This document shows, piece by piece, positions 62,876 through 64,000 of a stretch of 64,000 nt of DNA. The DNA is from Parcubacteria group bacterium (GTDB lineage Bacteria > Patescibacteriota > Minisyncoccia > Moranbacterales > UBA2206). Position 1 is the stretch's first letter. Each line of letters starts with the position of its first letter. Below the pieces are notes generated by a model. It did not search any database, was not told the origin of the DNA, and saw only the letters and a list, made by a program, of their open reading frames with translations. The stretch spans positions 28,813 to 92,812 of the forward strand of contig JBAZBJ010000003.1 of NCBI GenBank assembly GCA_041671525.1, written 5' to 3'. Made by a program: the position numbers and the translations under genes.

Positions 62876-63867
62876 TATTGGGCCCAACATCTAGCGGCAA
62901 GTCTGACATTGCCATAAAGTTAGCTCGTCAATTCAACGGCGAAATTATTTCCGCTGATTCACGGCAGATTTATCGTGGGCTAGATATCGGCACGGGCAAA
63001 GTGACCAAAGCCGAACAGAACATGGCCAAGCATTGGCTGTTGGACATCGTGAGTCCGCGCACCATTTTCAGCGCGGCGCAATTCAAAAAGAAAGCCGACA
63101 AAATCATTGCGGACATTCTCAGGCGCGGCAAACTGCCGATTATCTGTGGCGGCACCGGCTTTTGGATCAAAGCGGTGGTCGACAATGTTTCTTATCCGGA
63201 AGTGAAACCGGATTGGCAGCTACGTGAAAAACTAGGCAAAAAATCAGCCGCGGCGCTTTTCAAAATGCTGAAAAAAATTGATCCACAACGAGCCCAAAAT
63301 ATTGACGCGAAAAATCCAGTCCGTTTGATCCGCGCCATTGAAATTTGCAAAGCTATTGGCAAAGTGCCTCCACTCTCCTGTCATTGCGAGTCCGCCGCAG
63401 CGGGCGAAGCAATCCCCTTACAACAAAGCACAAAATATAACATAAAGTCCGGTGAATTAAAATACGGGATTGCCGCGGTCGCTCCGCGGCGGAGCTCCCT
63501 CGCAATGACAAATAACTACGAGTTCCTGCAAATCAGCGTTGATATTACAAAAGAAAATTTACACAAAAATATTGAGCAACGTTTACGAAAACGTTGGGCC
63601 GCTGGCATGATCAAGGAAGTGAAAAATTTGAAAAAATCCGGCCTAAGTTGGAAAAAAATCCAAAGCTTTGGCCTGGGCTATTTTTGGATTCCTCTATACT
63701 TGCAGAAAAAAATAACCAAGCAAGACTTATTAGAAAAAGTCTTCCTGGCCGAAAAAGATTTCGCCAAGCGGCAGATGACGTGGTTTAAAAAAGACGAACG
63801 TATCAAATGGCTCAAAAAATATTCAGCCATTAAAAAAGAAACTGCCATCTTCTTAAAAAATAACTAG
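62848..63867 (+). CDS. miaA: tRNA dimethylallyltransferase
   Basis: P-loop GPTSSGKS and ISADSRQIYRGLDIGTGK. Contains a 132-nt palindromic insertion. Confidence 0.9.
   Translation: MESRGKIIVILGPTSSGKSDIAIKLARQFNGEIISADSRQIYRGLDIGTGKVTKAEQNMAKHWLLDIVSPRTIFSAAQFKKKADKIIADILRRGKLPIICGGTGFWIKAVVDNVSYPEVKPDWQLREKLGKKSAAALFKMLKKIDPQRAQNIDAKNPVRLIRAIEICKAIGKVPPLSCHCESAAAGEAIPLQQSTKYNIKSGELKYGIAAVAPRRSSLAMTNNYEFLQISVDITKENLHKNIEQRLRKRWAAGMIKEVKNLKKSGLSWKKIQSFGLGYFWIPLYLQKKITKQDLLEKVFLAEKDFAKRQMTWFKKDERIKWLKKYSAIKKETAIFLKNN
63379..63510. repeat. Palindromic element inside miaA
   Basis: Perfect 12-bp termini TGTCATTGCGAG / CTCGCAATGACA, with mirrored inner blocks TCCGCCGC/GCGGCGGA and GCAATCCC/GGGATTGC. 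The length of 132 nt equals 44 codons. Confidence 0.85.
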
Positions 63868-63886
63868 GCCCCGACATTTCGGGGCC
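63867..63886 (+). terminator. Stem-loop after miaA
   Basis: GGCCCCGA-catt-TCGGGGCC, followed by TCTTGCTTC. Confidence 0.55.
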
Positions 63887-64000
63887 TCTTGCTTCTGATG
63901 AAGCCTACTGTTCTCATGGTGAAAGTGGAATTGGACTGTGTGGAAAACATCCCATACACGCAATTTTTGTAGTAACAGGATTCTCGCACCCACTACAATT

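Overview
This 64-kb window looks like a small-genome bacterium of the Candidate Phyla Radiation (Patescibacteria). That assignment is an inference from gene content and repeat style, not a database hit.

Most of the window is housekeeping:
- tRNA modification and RNA processing: mnmA, miaB-miaA, rnhB, and an rpmF-nusB-rnc operon.
- Cell wall and division: a dcw cluster (mraZ-rsmH-ftsL-ftsI-murF), mltG, and uppS with a polyprenyl synthase.
- Redox: trxB-trxA with a CcdA-like protein, and a superoxide dismutase.
- Replication, translation and chromatin: dnaX, dnaE, rplJ-rplL, rpsP, thrS, hup, a DEAD-box helicase and an SMC-like ATPase.
- Other: pcm, yjbQ, malic enzyme, tRNA-Gln and tRNA-Glu.

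Accessory content sits between these operons:
- Two divergent IS30-family insertion sequences.
- Two paralogous orphan-gene cassettes that share a promoter and 3' DNA blocks.
- Several orphan genes, each with a near-consensus TTGACA-N17-TATAAT promoter and its own terminator.
- A DUF3800 gene.
- A tandem-repeat protein with a PD-(D/E)xK-like C-terminus.
- A GxxExxY gene enclosed by long hairpin arms.

The signals I consider most worth follow-up:
1. A membrane-protein / FtsK-HerA-TraG-like ATPase / small TM-protein module. The ATPase carries a C-terminal CxxC-x17-CxxC zinc ribbon.
2. A dispersed family of heptamer-periodic hairpin elements that exactly fill intergenic gaps. One copy carries the GxxExxY gene.
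3. Palindromic elements inserted in frame in essential genes (dnaX, dnaE, miaA), plus a short TTNH-coding insert in dnaX, miaB and rnhB.
4. A PurF-like protein with catalytic residues replaced but Fe-S cysteines kept.
5. Five perfect TTATCCACA boxes in intergenic DNA, all on the + strand, three of them just upstream of -35 elements.
6. Two ORF-poor regions that look transcribed and structured (39798-40330 on +, 43990-40405 region on -; exactly 43990-44405).
7. A short SMC with no recognisable hinge.

I cannot name one definite novel system. The ATPase module and the duplicated cassette/IS30 loci are my best candidates.

All calls come from reading the sequence and the ORF track. No searches were run. 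Repeat, IS and RNA boundaries are approximate.
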